A stretch of 64,000 nucleotides of DNA, taken from positions 64,595 through 128,594 of the forward strand of contig JBDRVV010000003.1 in the NCBI GenBank assembly GCA_039802005.1. The letters run 5' to 3'. Below the pieces are notes generated by a model. The model ran no database searches. It was given only the letters and a program-made list of their open reading frames with translations, and was not told where the DNA came from. Within the stretch, counting starts at the first letter, position 1, and each line of letters begins with the position of its first letter. Below are positions 50,359 through 60,200 of this stretch, in pieces. This DNA is from a candidate division WOR-3 bacterium. GTDB taxonomy: Bacteria; Hydrothermota; Tepidihabitantia; SM23-42; JAOAFX01. The position numbers and the translations under genes were made by a program.

Positions 50359-51297
50359 ATGTTTCAGAAGGCCAAAGTAATAATTAATGCCAAAGCTGGT
50401 GCATATCTTGCCGGCAGGAGATTTAAGGATATTCAGAAACGTCTTAAAGAATCGGGTTGTGAACCTTACATCAGCGAAACAAGGTATCGCTACCACGCAA
50501 AAGAACTGGCAATAGATGGAGTGAAAAAGCATTTCGATTTAATCATAAGTGTTGGTGGCGATGGCACAATAAATGAAATCATAAATGGAATAATGGAATG
50601 CAAGGATTCATTTAACAATCTCCCCGCCCTCGGATTCATTTCGGTAGGAACAGGTGCTGATTTATGCAGAAGCCTAAACATTCCATTCGATTACCAGAAG
50701 GCGATTGAAATAATACTTAAAGGAAATTTGGCAGCGATAGATATCGGCATTGTTAAATTTAAATTAGGGGATAAATTCTGGATAAGATATTTTGCCAATG
50801 TCTTTGATGTCGGTCTTGGTGGCAATGTGGTGAGAATCGCCAATCATATTCCTAAATGTTTTGGTGGCTTTTTAACATTTCTCTTATCCAGTTTCGTAGG
50901 GATCATGATATCCAAGCCCGTTTATTTAAAGATAAATATAGATGGCACAGATAAAGATGAAGGCAATATTAACATTCTTGGTACGGCAAATGGTAAATAT
51001 TTTGGTGGCGGAATGAAAATCGCACCAATGGCGAACATAAGCGACGGCTATCTTGAAGTACTATATGTAAAAGATACAAATACTTTTAAATTCATTAAAA
51101 ATGTTCTACTTCCTGTGTATGATGCCAGACATCTGTTTTATAAAAAATTATTTCAAGTGCGTGCCAGAAAAGTAAAAATTATCTCAAATAAAGTATTTCT
51201 TGCAGATATTGACGGTGAAGAAGAAAGGGCAGAGGAAGTAGAAATCACAATAATTCCCAAGGCATTAAATGTCATTGTTCCCGATAAATCCTTATAA
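50359..51297 (+). CDS. Diacylglycerol-kinase-family lipid kinase (YegS/DgkA catalytic-domain type)
   Basis: DAGK_cat motif ISVGGDGTINEIINGI. Confidence 0.7.
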   Translation: MFQKAKVIINAKAGAYLAGRRFKDIQKRLKESGCEPYISETRYRYHAKELAIDGVKKHFDLIISVGGDGTINEIINGIMECKDSFNNLPALGFISVGTGADLCRSLNIPFDYQKAIEIILKGNLAAIDIGIVKFKLGDKFWIRYFANVFDVGLGGNVVRIANHIPKCFGGFLTFLLSSFVGIMISKPVYLKINIDGTDKDEGNINILGTANGKYFGGGMKIAPMANISDGYLEVLYVKDTNTFKFIKNVLLPVYDARHLFYKKLFQVRARKVKIISNKVFLADIDGEEERAEEVEITIIPKALNVIVPDKSL

Positions 51298-51355
51298 TTT
51301 AATCCAGCCGTTGACTTCTTTGTTCGTTTGATTAAAATATTGAAATGGAGATTTT

Positions 51356-52189
51356 ATGAAAAAAACACATATAATAATAATTGTCGTCTTAATAGTGGCA
51401 GTTATACTTGGACTTTTGATAGGATTAAGTTCAAGGGGTGCCATGTTTACTCCGAGCGGTAATATAGGTGTAATAGAAATTGAAGGGGTTATTTCATCAT
51501 CCAAAAGGACAGTCCGTGATATAAAGCGTTTTGCAGAAGACCCGAATATTCAGGGGATACTTGTCCGTGTAGATTCTCCAGGTGGTGGTGTTGCCGCATC
51601 ACAGGAAATATACGAAGAACTTAAGAAATGCCGTGGGCAGAAAAAGGTAGTCATTTCTATGGGTGCACTTGCCGCATCCGGTGGGTATTATGTTTCACTA
51701 CCTGCAGATTTAATCGTTGCCAATCCCGGCACGATCACCGGTTCAATTGGTGTAATTATGCAATTTCCGATTTTTGAAGAATTGATGAAGAAGATTGGTA
51801 TCAATTACGAAGTCATAAAATCAAAAGAACATAAAGATATTGGTTCGCCATTCCGTAAAATGGATGAAAAAGAAAAAAGGTTACTTCAGGATGTTGTCAC
51901 TGATGTATACGAACAATTTGTTCAGGCAACCTGTGAAGCCCGTAATCTACCCAGGGATAGTGTTTTAAAATTTGCTGATGGCAGGATAATAACCGGAAGT
52001 CAGGCAAAAAAATTAGGCTTGGTAGATACCCTTGGTTCTTTTGAAGACGCAGTAAAAATTATTGGTGATATGCTGGGTATAGCAAAACCCAACCTAATAT
52101 ATCCCCAAAAACGTCTCAGCCTTATTGAACTATTGACCGAACCTGTGGAACAAATGCTCATTCCCAAATTATCTTATCTGTGGCAGTAA
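51356..52189 (+). CDS. sppA: Signal peptide peptidase SppA (36K type)
   Basis: N-terminal TM helix; SPGGGV, ALAASGGYY (catalytic Ser) and ITGSIGV blocks. Confidence 0.8.
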   Translation: MKKTHIIIIVVLIVAVILGLLIGLSSRGAMFTPSGNIGVIEIEGVISSSKRTVRDIKRFAEDPNIQGILVRVDSPGGGVAASQEIYEELKKCRGQKKVVISMGALAASGGYYVSLPADLIVANPGTITGSIGVIMQFPIFEELMKKIGINYEVIKSKEHKDIGSPFRKMDEKEKRLLQDVVTDVYEQFVQATCEARNLPRDSVLKFADGRIITGSQAKKLGLVDTLGSFEDAVKIIGDMLGIAKPNLIYPQKRLSLIELLTEPVEQMLIPKLSYLWQ

Positions 52190-52449
52190 ATTTAAAAAAA
52201 CCAAATATTATTTTAATCATAGTACTTGCTTTTTTCTTTAGTTGTAAAAGCAGCGAATACAATCCAAAACTTGTTGATTATTTAAATGCAGAACGAGAAA
52301 TGAGAAAGCGTGTTAGTCAGGGTTTAGAGGATTCGCTATATGTATTACAAAAAAATTTTAAAATTGATCTTAAAAAAGAATTGAAAAAGATAGAAAAAAA
52401 TCCTGAAGCCTGGACAAAATTACTTAAAGCAATAGATGGAGAAAAATAA
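52180..52449 (+). CDS. Small hypothetical lipoprotein
   Basis: Lipobox-like FFFSCKS, then a helical Lys/Glu-rich tail. Start uncertain. Confidence 0.3.
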   Translation: MAVNLKKPNIILIIVLAFFFSCKSSEYNPKLVDYLNAEREMRKRVSQGLEDSLYVLQKNFKIDLKKELKKIEKNPEAWTKLLKAIDGEK

Positions 52450-53302
52450 CAAAATCTACGGAGTGATTGAAGGATTTTATGGTAAAACATATTCGTTCTA
52501 TGAGCGTTGTGATTTAATAAAATTTCTTTCTTTCCTGAAATTGAATACATATGTATATGGTCCTAAATCAGACCCATACCACAGGGCAGAATACCATAAA
52601 TTATACCCAGCCATTCAAATGAAAGAATTTGAGGCACTAAATAACCTCGCCCGGAAGCATAAAATAAAATTCAACTACGCGCTCTCCCCAGGCACAAAGC
52701 CTAACACAGAGCTGATTATCAGAAAAATCAAATCAATGATGAAAATTGGCGTTGAAAACTATAGTATATTTTATGACGACATAGAAATAACATTAGACTC
52801 AAATTCCGCATTAAAACAGACGGCCAGCGCAAATGAAGTATATGAAATATTAAAAGAAAAGTTTAAAAATCCAGACCTATTCTTCTGCCCCACCCAGTAT
52901 CGTGGTTTTGAAAAAACAGAATATATTTTAACCATTGCAAAAACATTACACAAAAATGTTAAAATATTCTGGACCGGGAAAAATATAATTTCGCATGAAA
53001 TAACTGTGAGCGATATTGAGCGTATCACCGGAATATTGGGTAGACCACCACTAATATGGGATAATATCTTTGCCAATGACTACATCCCCGGAATTATATT
53101 AAGATTTCCGTATCGCAATCGTGAGCCGGGTATAATAAATAAAGTAAGCGGTATTTTGCTCAATCCAATGAATCAGTATTTACAATCAAAACCTTTAATC
53201 TGTAGTGCCTCAAAATTTTTTAAGAACCCGTATAATTATGATTCTAAAAATTTTGAGTTCAAATGCCGAAGATTTTATCGACCCAATATTACCGAAGAAT
53301 AA
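52436..53302 (+). CDS. GH84-family beta-N-acetylglucosaminidase (O-GlcNAcase-like), catalytic domain only
   Basis: IYGVIEGFYGKTYS, LNTYVYGPKSDPYHR and catalytic FYDDIE (Asp-Asp). Closely parallels the GH84 N-terminal barrel. Confidence 0.65.
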   Translation: MEKNNKIYGVIEGFYGKTYSFYERCDLIKFLSFLKLNTYVYGPKSDPYHRAEYHKLYPAIQMKEFEALNNLARKHKIKFNYALSPGTKPNTELIIRKIKSMMKIGVENYSIFYDDIEITLDSNSALKQTASANEVYEILKEKFKNPDLFFCPTQYRGFEKTEYILTIAKTLHKNVKIFWTGKNIISHEITVSDIERITGILGRPPLIWDNIFANDYIPGIILRFPYRNREPGIINKVSGILLNPMNQYLQSKPLICSASKFFKNPYNYDSKNFEFKCRRFYRPNITEE

Positions 53303-53310
53303 AAAAATTT

Positions 53311-53985
53311 TTATCTTGGTCTGAAGGCCTGTCCAAGCCCGAGTCCCAATAATATTGAAGCAAACCAGATTATAAAGACAAGAATAAATGCTTTTTCTTT
53401 CTTTAAATTATTAGTAATACTGATTCCTATTGCTACAAGTATCATTTCCCAGATAATAAAAAAATCAAAACTTGACAACAATCTATAGGCGATTGAATTA
53501 ACCGGAAGATTGGGAACAAAAAGGGCCAAAGAAGTACTCACCTGTAAAGAATTTTTTATCATAATTAATATCCACCGGAGAATATGGGCAGGAATTTTAA
53601 TCAGTGCTGCATATGAGACAACCGAGAAGACAACTTTATATGAACCCTCACCACCCACCATAGGGATAAAAATGTTCAATAACAAGGCGAATAACAGCAG
53701 AATAGCACTTACACCCAATATTGTTCCTATCAAAGCAGAGACATAAATAAAGGGGCCAGAAGTAAATTTAATTGCCTGTTCTATCTGCTCTTCAGTCATA
53801 TTACGCTCTTTCATTGCCTCTATCTGCTGAGCGGTTATCAAATTACTTGTTGTTGAGATACTTAAAATTGATAGAATTGACAATCCAAGCAGCACAACAA
53901 TAAAGGGTTTTAACCATTCGGGCTTTTCTTTTATACCTCTAAAAACTGCAGTAGGATTAATAAGGATATCTATTAAGTTTTTCAT
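53311..53985 (-). CDS. Yip1-domain multi-pass membrane protein
   Basis: Five TM helices; Yip1-like N-terminus NLIDILINPTAVF. Confidence 0.5.
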   Translation of the reverse strand: MKNLIDILINPTAVFRGIKEKPEWLKPFIVVLLGLSILSILSISTTSNLITAQQIEAMKERNMTEEQIEQAIKFTSGPFIYVSALIGTILGVSAILLLFALLLNIFIPMVGGEGSYKVVFSVVSYAALIKIPAHILRWILIMIKNSLQVSTSLALFVPNLPVNSIAYRLLSSFDFFIIWEMILVAIGISITNNLKKEKAFILVFIIWFASILLGLGLGQAFRPR

Positions 53986-54129
53986 ATAAAATTATACACA
54001 CTATAACACCAAAGTCAATAAAAAAAACGTAATTTCTTGCTATTTTCGGTTGACAAAATGTAGATTATAACTATAATTTAAAAGGATTAAAAAAAGGCAT
54101 CTATGTCTGATAACCAATGACGTCTTTTA

Positions 54130-54213
54130 GCCGGGGTGGCGGAATTGGGAGACGCACCAGGTTCAGGACCTGGCGCTGGCAACAGCATAGGGGTTCAAAT
54201 CCCCTCTCCGGCA
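54130..54213 (+). tRNA. tRNA-Leu (anticodon CAG), class II with long variable arm
   Basis: Acceptor GCCGGGG/CTCCGGC; anticodon stem CCAGG/CCTGG with loop TTCAGGA; 16-nt variable arm; T-arm AGGGGTTCAAATCCCCT. Confidence 0.85.
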
Positions 54214-54299
54214 CTTTTGGAGATGATATTTGAAAGAATGTCTTACAAAAACTTTTGGTTCTTAAGAAATAATTAAGGCTATCACTGTGATAAACAATA

Positions 54300-55706
54300 A
54301 TGAATAAATTAAAACTACTCATATCTGCTGGTTTGATAATCTATACATTGTTTTATCTTATCCAATCTTCAACTATAATTACATATCCTTACCAGGTCTC
54401 GTATCCAGAAGGATTAATTCTTAATCAGATAAAACTCTTATTAGAAGGTAAACCAATATATAAAAGTATCAACGATTACCCACTCATTGTCACAAATTAC
54501 CCCCCGGTCTATCTTTTACTATGTGCCGGGTTTGTGAAATTATTTGGTCTTTCATTTATTTGGGGAAGATTGATTACATTTCTTGCCACAATTTTTGTTG
54601 TCTTTATGATATACAAAATTCTTCACCAAAAAACTCAAAAAGAAATCGCCATTATTTCTGCCCTTTTATTTATCTCATCTTCTTATATTTACAAAGATAC
54701 ACCCTTTATGCGCGTTGATATGTTAGGATTACTATGTAGCCTGCTTGGATTTTATATCTTTCTCCGCGTTGACCTGAAGAATAGCACCCTGTATTCAATA
54801 CCTTTCTTTATTTTATCCCTATACACAAAACAGACCTTTATTTCCGCTCCCATAGCCATTGCAATATCATTATTATTCAGACTGAGAAAAAGGGCGTTAA
54901 TATTTATTCTTTTGATGATAATCTCCTATCTGTTTATATTCTTTATAATAAATCAATCGACCCATGGCGAATTCTTTCGTCACAATATTTTATATAATTT
55001 TAATATCTTTGACTTAAAACAGGCATTTAAATTTTATATTCGTTTTTTACAGAACCATGCAATATTATTTTTTTTCTCTGTATTATTTATCCTTGATACA
55101 TTTAGAAAGAAGGAATTTTCTTTCTGGAGCGTATATTTTATTATTGCCGCAATCAATGGATTTTCAGTAGGAAAGGTCGGTGCGAATACAAATTATTTTT
55201 TTGAACTGATCGCCCTCAATTGTATTCTTGCTGGTCTCTCAATTGAAAGATTAAAAAATTATATTGATGAAAAGAAATATCCTCTTTTTATAAACGGTGC
55301 ATTACTTACCCAATTGATATTATTTCTTCATATGCCTTTCTATAGTGAACCAGCAATAACCAAAACCGACTGGCGAAATTTTGCGCAACTTTCGCAGGTC
55401 ATATTAAATACTGATGGTAAAATAATTTCTGAAGACGCCGGGATAATTGTGGTTAACAAAAAACAAGTTTTATTTCAGCCTTTTGAACTCACCCAGCTTG
55501 CCAATCAAAAACTCTGGAATCAGGATAAGTTTGTGAATGACATTAAAAACAGGCGTTTTTCACTTCTTGTTTTTAGTTTCAATGTCAATTGCTCTTTTGA
55601 TAAAGAACGTTTAACATCTGAAATGGCAGATGCAATAAAAGAAAATTATTATATAGAAAGAATTATTGGCGATTATTTTTTGTATAAACCACTTTCTACT
55701 CCATAG
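54300..55706 (+). CDS. Polytopic membrane protein, putative GT-C-fold glycosyltransferase (PMT/ArnT-like)
   Basis: At least 10 TM helices in the N-terminal 350 aa and a soluble C-terminal domain. Family assignment is tentative. Confidence 0.45.
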   Translation: MNKLKLLISAGLIIYTLFYLIQSSTIITYPYQVSYPEGLILNQIKLLLEGKPIYKSINDYPLIVTNYPPVYLLLCAGFVKLFGLSFIWGRLITFLATIFVVFMIYKILHQKTQKEIAIISALLFISSSYIYKDTPFMRVDMLGLLCSLLGFYIFLRVDLKNSTLYSIPFFILSLYTKQTFISAPIAIAISLLFRLRKRALIFILLMIISYLFIFFIINQSTHGEFFRHNILYNFNIFDLKQAFKFYIRFLQNHAILFFFSVLFILDTFRKKEFSFWSVYFIIAAINGFSVGKVGANTNYFFELIALNCILAGLSIERLKNYIDEKKYPLFINGALLTQLILFLHMPFYSEPAITKTDWRNFAQLSQVILNTDGKIISEDAGIIVVNKKQVLFQPFELTQLANQKLWNQDKFVNDIKNRRFSLLVFSFNVNCSFDKERLTSEMADAIKENYYIERIIGDYFLYKPLSTP

Positions 55707-55810
55707 GAGTTTAACTGGCTAACTTAAATAAAATACGTTTAAAAATTTTCATAATTGGCAAATTTTTTTATAGATATAGAAGTATTATTGCGATTGCTGC
55801 ATTTTTACTA

Positions 55811-56239
55811 ATGCTTTATTTTAGCAAGCCGAATTCGACATTTTTTTTGTCTCATATCCTCATTATTTCTGGACTTTCAATCAGACTCTGGGCAACGGGT
55901 TATATTGGAGAAAAGGCGAGAACGAAAGAACTAAATGCTTTTTATAGAATTGTAAGTGGACCATATCGTATATTAAGACATCCGTTATACATTGGCAACT
56001 TTTTTCTTGTCATGGGCACTGTCTTTCTGTACAATCCACCATTTTGGTTAAAAATAATCATAATACTTGCCTTCTTAATTGAATATTCTATAATAATAAT
56101 TACTGAAGAAGAATATTTAAAAGGGTTGCCCGCCCTTATTATAAAATTTTCATTTAAAAAGTTGAAATTTGAGTTATCAACTATTTTAATAATGGTGGTG
56201 ATTTATTTAATCTATTTCTGGATTCTAAGTTCAAAATAA
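55811..56239 (+). CDS. Isoprenylcysteine carboxyl methyltransferase (ICMT/PEMT) family membrane protein
   Basis: YRIVSGPYRILRHPLYIGNFF motif. Confidence 0.6.
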   Translation: MLYFSKPNSTFFLSHILIISGLSIRLWATGYIGEKARTKELNAFYRIVSGPYRILRHPLYIGNFFLVMGTVFLYNPPFWLKIIIILAFLIEYSIIIITEEEYLKGLPALIIKFSFKKLKFELSTILIMVVIYLIYFWILSSK

Positions 56240-56327
56240 ACACAAATCAAGAGGGCTGGGGAATGGCCCCAGATTGGAGAAAAAACACCCAGCCCCCTTG
56301 CCGGCAAGATCTTTACATAGCACAACT

Positions 56328-56939
56328 TTATTTTGTAATCGCCCTCCTTACATATTCACAAGGCAGTTTTAGAAATACATCAGCAAGTTCAGGGTCAAAT
56401 TGTTTGCCTTTGCATTCTTGAATTTCTATTTTAGCATCCTCTTCACTAATTGATTTTTTATATGGCCTATCAGAAACCATTGCTGAATAGGAATCACAGA
56501 CTGCAAGAATCCTTGCACAGAATGGAATTTCTTCCTTTTTCAAACCTTCTGGATAACCTGTACCATCGTATTTTTCGTGGTGATAAAGTATCCATTGTTT
56601 AACTTCCTTTAATCCATCCACTGTTTTTATCATATCTGAACCTTTTTTCGGATGTTGTTTCATTATATCCCACTCGTACTTGTTAAGTGAACCTGGTTTG
56701 TTAAAAATTTCTTCGGGAATAACGATCTTTCCTATGTCGTGTAATAGACCAGCCAATTTTATCAACATTAGTTCTTTTTCTGATAAACCAATAAATTTTC
56801 CCATCAAAAAAGCAAGTTCAGCGACCTGAAAAGAATGATTTTTCGTATAAATATCAGTCAATTCCATTAATTTAACGAAAGATAGAACCGATGCTATATT
56901 TATATTTTTTATGTTTTTAAAATATATGCTGCTATCCAT
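56328..56939 (-). CDS. Cytoplasmic HD-GYP domain c-di-GMP phosphodiesterase
   Basis: HSFQVAE...LLHDIGKIVIPEEIF...HHEKYDGTGYPEGL. Confidence 0.75.
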   Translation of the reverse strand: MDSSIYFKNIKNINIASVLSFVKLMELTDIYTKNHSFQVAELAFLMGKFIGLSEKELMLIKLAGLLHDIGKIVIPEEIFNKPGSLNKYEWDIMKQHPKKGSDMIKTVDGLKEVKQWILYHHEKYDGTGYPEGLKKEEIPFCARILAVCDSYSAMVSDRPYKKSISEEDAKIEIQECKGKQFDPELADVFLKLPCEYVRRAITK

Positions 56940-57037
56940 TATTTAACTCCCCAATCTTTCATTAAAACAAAAATTATAATGCATGCTTCCCTTTTTTCTA
57001 TTCAAATATAAATTCTTTTATAACCATTTTTTATATA

Positions 57038-57053
57038 TGCAAAAATCGTGCCT
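57038..57053 (-). promoter_or_regulatory. Near-consensus sigma-54 promoter driving the HD-GYP gene (minus strand: tAGGCACGATTTTTGCAt)
   Basis: On the minus strand, GG lies at 57052-57051 and GC at 57040-57039 (12-nt spacing). GGCACG-N4-TTGCA matches TGGCACG-N4-TTGCW. About 88 nt upstream of the ATG at 56939. Confidence 0.55.
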
Positions 57054-57104
57054 ACAAAAAGTATTGAAATTTCAGTGGATTCGATTGCATACAATTATCA
57101 AAAA

Positions 57105-57121
57105 TGCGACAAATTGTCGCA
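57105..57121. promoter_or_regulatory. Palindrome TGCGACA-AAT-TGTCGCA flanked by A5/T5; candidate EBP UAS and/or bidirectional terminator
   Basis: Perfect 7+3+7 inverted repeat, about 60 bp upstream of the sigma-54 -24 element. Second copy at 57175-57193. Confidence 0.45.
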
Positions 57122-57174
57122 TTTTTAATTGTTTTTAGAATGTCACGAAATTACATGGGGTTTGCAGCATATAA

Positions 57175-57193
57175 GTGCGACAAATTGTCGCAC
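57175..57193. promoter_or_regulatory. Second copy GTGCGACA-AAT-TGTCGCAC, plus half-site TGTCGCA at 57203-57209
   Basis: Identical core 72 bp from the first copy; 42 nt past the stop of the activator gene. Confidence 0.45.
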
Positions 57194-57234
57194 TTTTTGA
57201 CCTGTCGCATTGAGTTTCAAATCTAAACAATGCT

Positions 57235-60200
57235 CTAATTTTTATTTAAATTAAATTTTTTAATATATCTCTCAATCGTTCTCCTGCTCACACCAAGAAT
57301 CTTCGCAGTCTCTTTTATGCTCCAATTTGTCGTATTAAGGGCATTTCTTACTGCCTCTTTTGTAATTTCCCTAATGGGTAGCATCTCTCGTTCCCTGTTA
57401 AAACCTATATCTCCCACCCTGATTATTTTAGATTTTGCGAGAACCGCAGCCCGCTCAACAATATTCTGTAATTCTCTAACATTCCCGGGCCAGGGATATT
57501 CCTTCAATAATTTTAAAGCATCGTCACTAAAACCTTCTATTGTTTTATTTAATTCTTTACATTTCAATTGTAAGAAAAAATTTGCAAGCAATGGTATGTC
57601 TTCAATACGTTCCCTCAAACTTGGGACTTTAATAATAAAAACATTTATCCGATAATAAAGGTCTCTTCTAAATCTTCCTTCTTCAACCTCAATATCAATC
57701 TCTTTATTTGTAGCAAACAGAAATCGCACATCAATCTTCCTTGTCTGAGTCTCACCAAGCCGTCTTATGACTTTATCTTCTATCGCCTCAAGCATTTTTG
57801 CTTGAAATGCTGGACTTGTATTTGTAATTTCATCAAGAAAAACAGTACCCCCATTAGCCTCTTCCAGAAGTCCTTTTTTATCAGCTACAGCGCCGGTGAA
57901 GGCTCCTTTCTTATATCCAAACAATTCCGATTCCAACAATGTTTCTGGAATCGTACCGCAATTTATATTCACAAATTTCTTATCTTTTCGCCTGCTTTTT
58001 AAATGAATCAGTCTGGCAATCATTCCCTTCCCTACCCCAGTTTCCCCAGTAATAAGCACGGGTGTGTCTGTTGGTGCAACATCATTGATAAGATTATAAA
58101 TCTTTTTCAAAACCCTTGATTTGCCCATAATATATCCTTTTCCAATTTCGAGAACCGTCCCATCTCTTAATTGCACAAATTCTTCGCGTAAATTTTTGAA
58201 AGACATTGACTTATCAATGACCGATGCGAGTATCTTTGACACGGTTATCAAAAAATCTCTATCTTGTTCACCAAACATTGAACCCGGAAGTGTAGAGTCC
58301 AAGTAAATTGCACCAACAATTCGGTCTCCGATTATAAGCGGGATACATAATATTGTCCGAATTTGATTAAGCAAGACACTCCTCCTTATATTAAACCTTG
58401 AATCCTGCAGTGCATCAGGTACAAAAACAATATGATTTTTGTTGACCTCATCAATTGCTGTTTTGGAAAGTTCACCTGCATCTCTGATTGTCCTTTTATC
58501 CATATTCCTGCCTGCCGCCAGTTCCATACCTTCTTCTGTACTGATAAACAATGCTCCGCGTTCTGCATTTGTAGTATTAATAACTAAATCAAGAATGCTC
58601 GCTATAAAATCCTCATCCCCCAAATGAGAATTTATCAGTTCAGCAAGATTTGAAAAAGTATTTAAATAACGATCTGGCATCTTCCGCCTTTCATAATCCT
58701 TCAAAATCTGCGGATAAAATTCTACCATTATTTCCCGGATTTTAGTAAGTTCATATTTTGCGCCAATCGTTTTCAAAATATTTTCTGTTGCATAAATCTG
58801 TTCTGCAATATCCTTAATTTTTTCTGGTTCAATTCCGCGTTCAAGGATTGCTTCGATTTTTAACCTTTGCAAGAAAGCATAATCAAATAAATAATCATTC
58901 TCTCTTAGTTTACTCAATGTTTCTTCAATATCAAGTTCATCGATCTGTTTACTCCTGAATTTAACAATCTTCACAAGTGATGTCGCTACTTTTCTCTCTC
59001 TGCTCAGAGGGGTGCTGAGCTCTTCCGCCTTAGATGCATAGGTGAGTGCGCGAGATAAATCACTATTGCCAAGATAAAAATCAGAAGCAATTAAAAAAAC
59101 TTCAATCTTTAATGGCTGCAAGATCTTTTCTTCTTTCATTCTATTTAGTGCCTTATCCATATAATCTTCTGCCATTTTTTGCTTACCCAATGCAGCATAA
59201 ATTTTACCCAAACCCGCAAGATAAACAACTTCCTCCTTTGTTTTTATCTGTTCTTCCAGAATATCCTTTGCCTTCTCAATTTCGCCGAGTCTATAATAAT
59301 TCATTGCAAGCCCATAGAATGCATAGACCGAATCAGGTTCAATATTCAATGCCATATTGAAATATTCTATGGCACGGGCAAATTTACAGGTATCCTGATA
59401 TAGTCCGGCGAGATAGATAAGAACCGCATGTTGCATAGGTTTGATATTTGCCTTCTGTACACCTTTTAAAGCAATCTCAAAATCACTCACCGCCTCAGTA
59501 ATTTGTCCTTTATCTATGAATAGAAAAGCCCTGTTAATCAGAGAAGATAAATAGCCGTTGTATATTTTCTCGTTTTCAAACTCTTTGATTGCCTTATCAA
59601 TATATTTCATACTCTCATCTATATCCCCTAATTGTGCATAAATTGAACTTAGCATATTTGCTGCGTATGCATACTGCTTTTTTAAATTGTTTTGCTCACA
59701 GAATTCCAACAAATTAAAACATATATCCTTTGCCTTTTTGTAATCTTCTCTGAACCACTCAAGGGTAGTAAAATAATACATTGTACTTGCCAGGGATTCA
59801 TAATCTTTGATTTCGGTGCAAAGGTTTAACAAATCATTCAAAATTTTTTCACTATCTTCAAATCTGTTAATATTCATATAACAATAAGCGAGGCGATGAG
59901 CATTATCAATATAATCTTTCGTATCTGTGCTTTTAGATAAATCTAATACCTCTATGGCATTATGAAAATACCCCATATTTGTATATGCACGACCCAACCC
60001 TGACAGACACTTATTTCTAACCTCGGGGAAATTCAGCCCTGATTTATAATACTCAATCGCCTTTTGATTGTCCCCTTGATTTGCATACAAATTTCCCAAT
60101 TTCAAAAGAATATTTTGATACGCTGACGGTTCTATACTTTGACAACAATTGATTATTTTTTCATAATAAAAAATCGCCTCTTTAATATCATTCATTGTCT

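Noticed and set aside
54101-54322. 73-aa minus-strand ORF
   Set aside because: Overlaps the well-formed tRNA-Leu(CAG) at 54130-54213; spurious.
56240-56327. Terminator between convergent ICMT and HD-GYP genes
   Set aside because: Several nested GC-rich stems (CTGGGG/CCCCAG, GGGCTGGG/CCCAGCCC, CTTGCCGGCAAG) are present, but none is followed by a clean U-tract on either strand. Too ambiguous to call.
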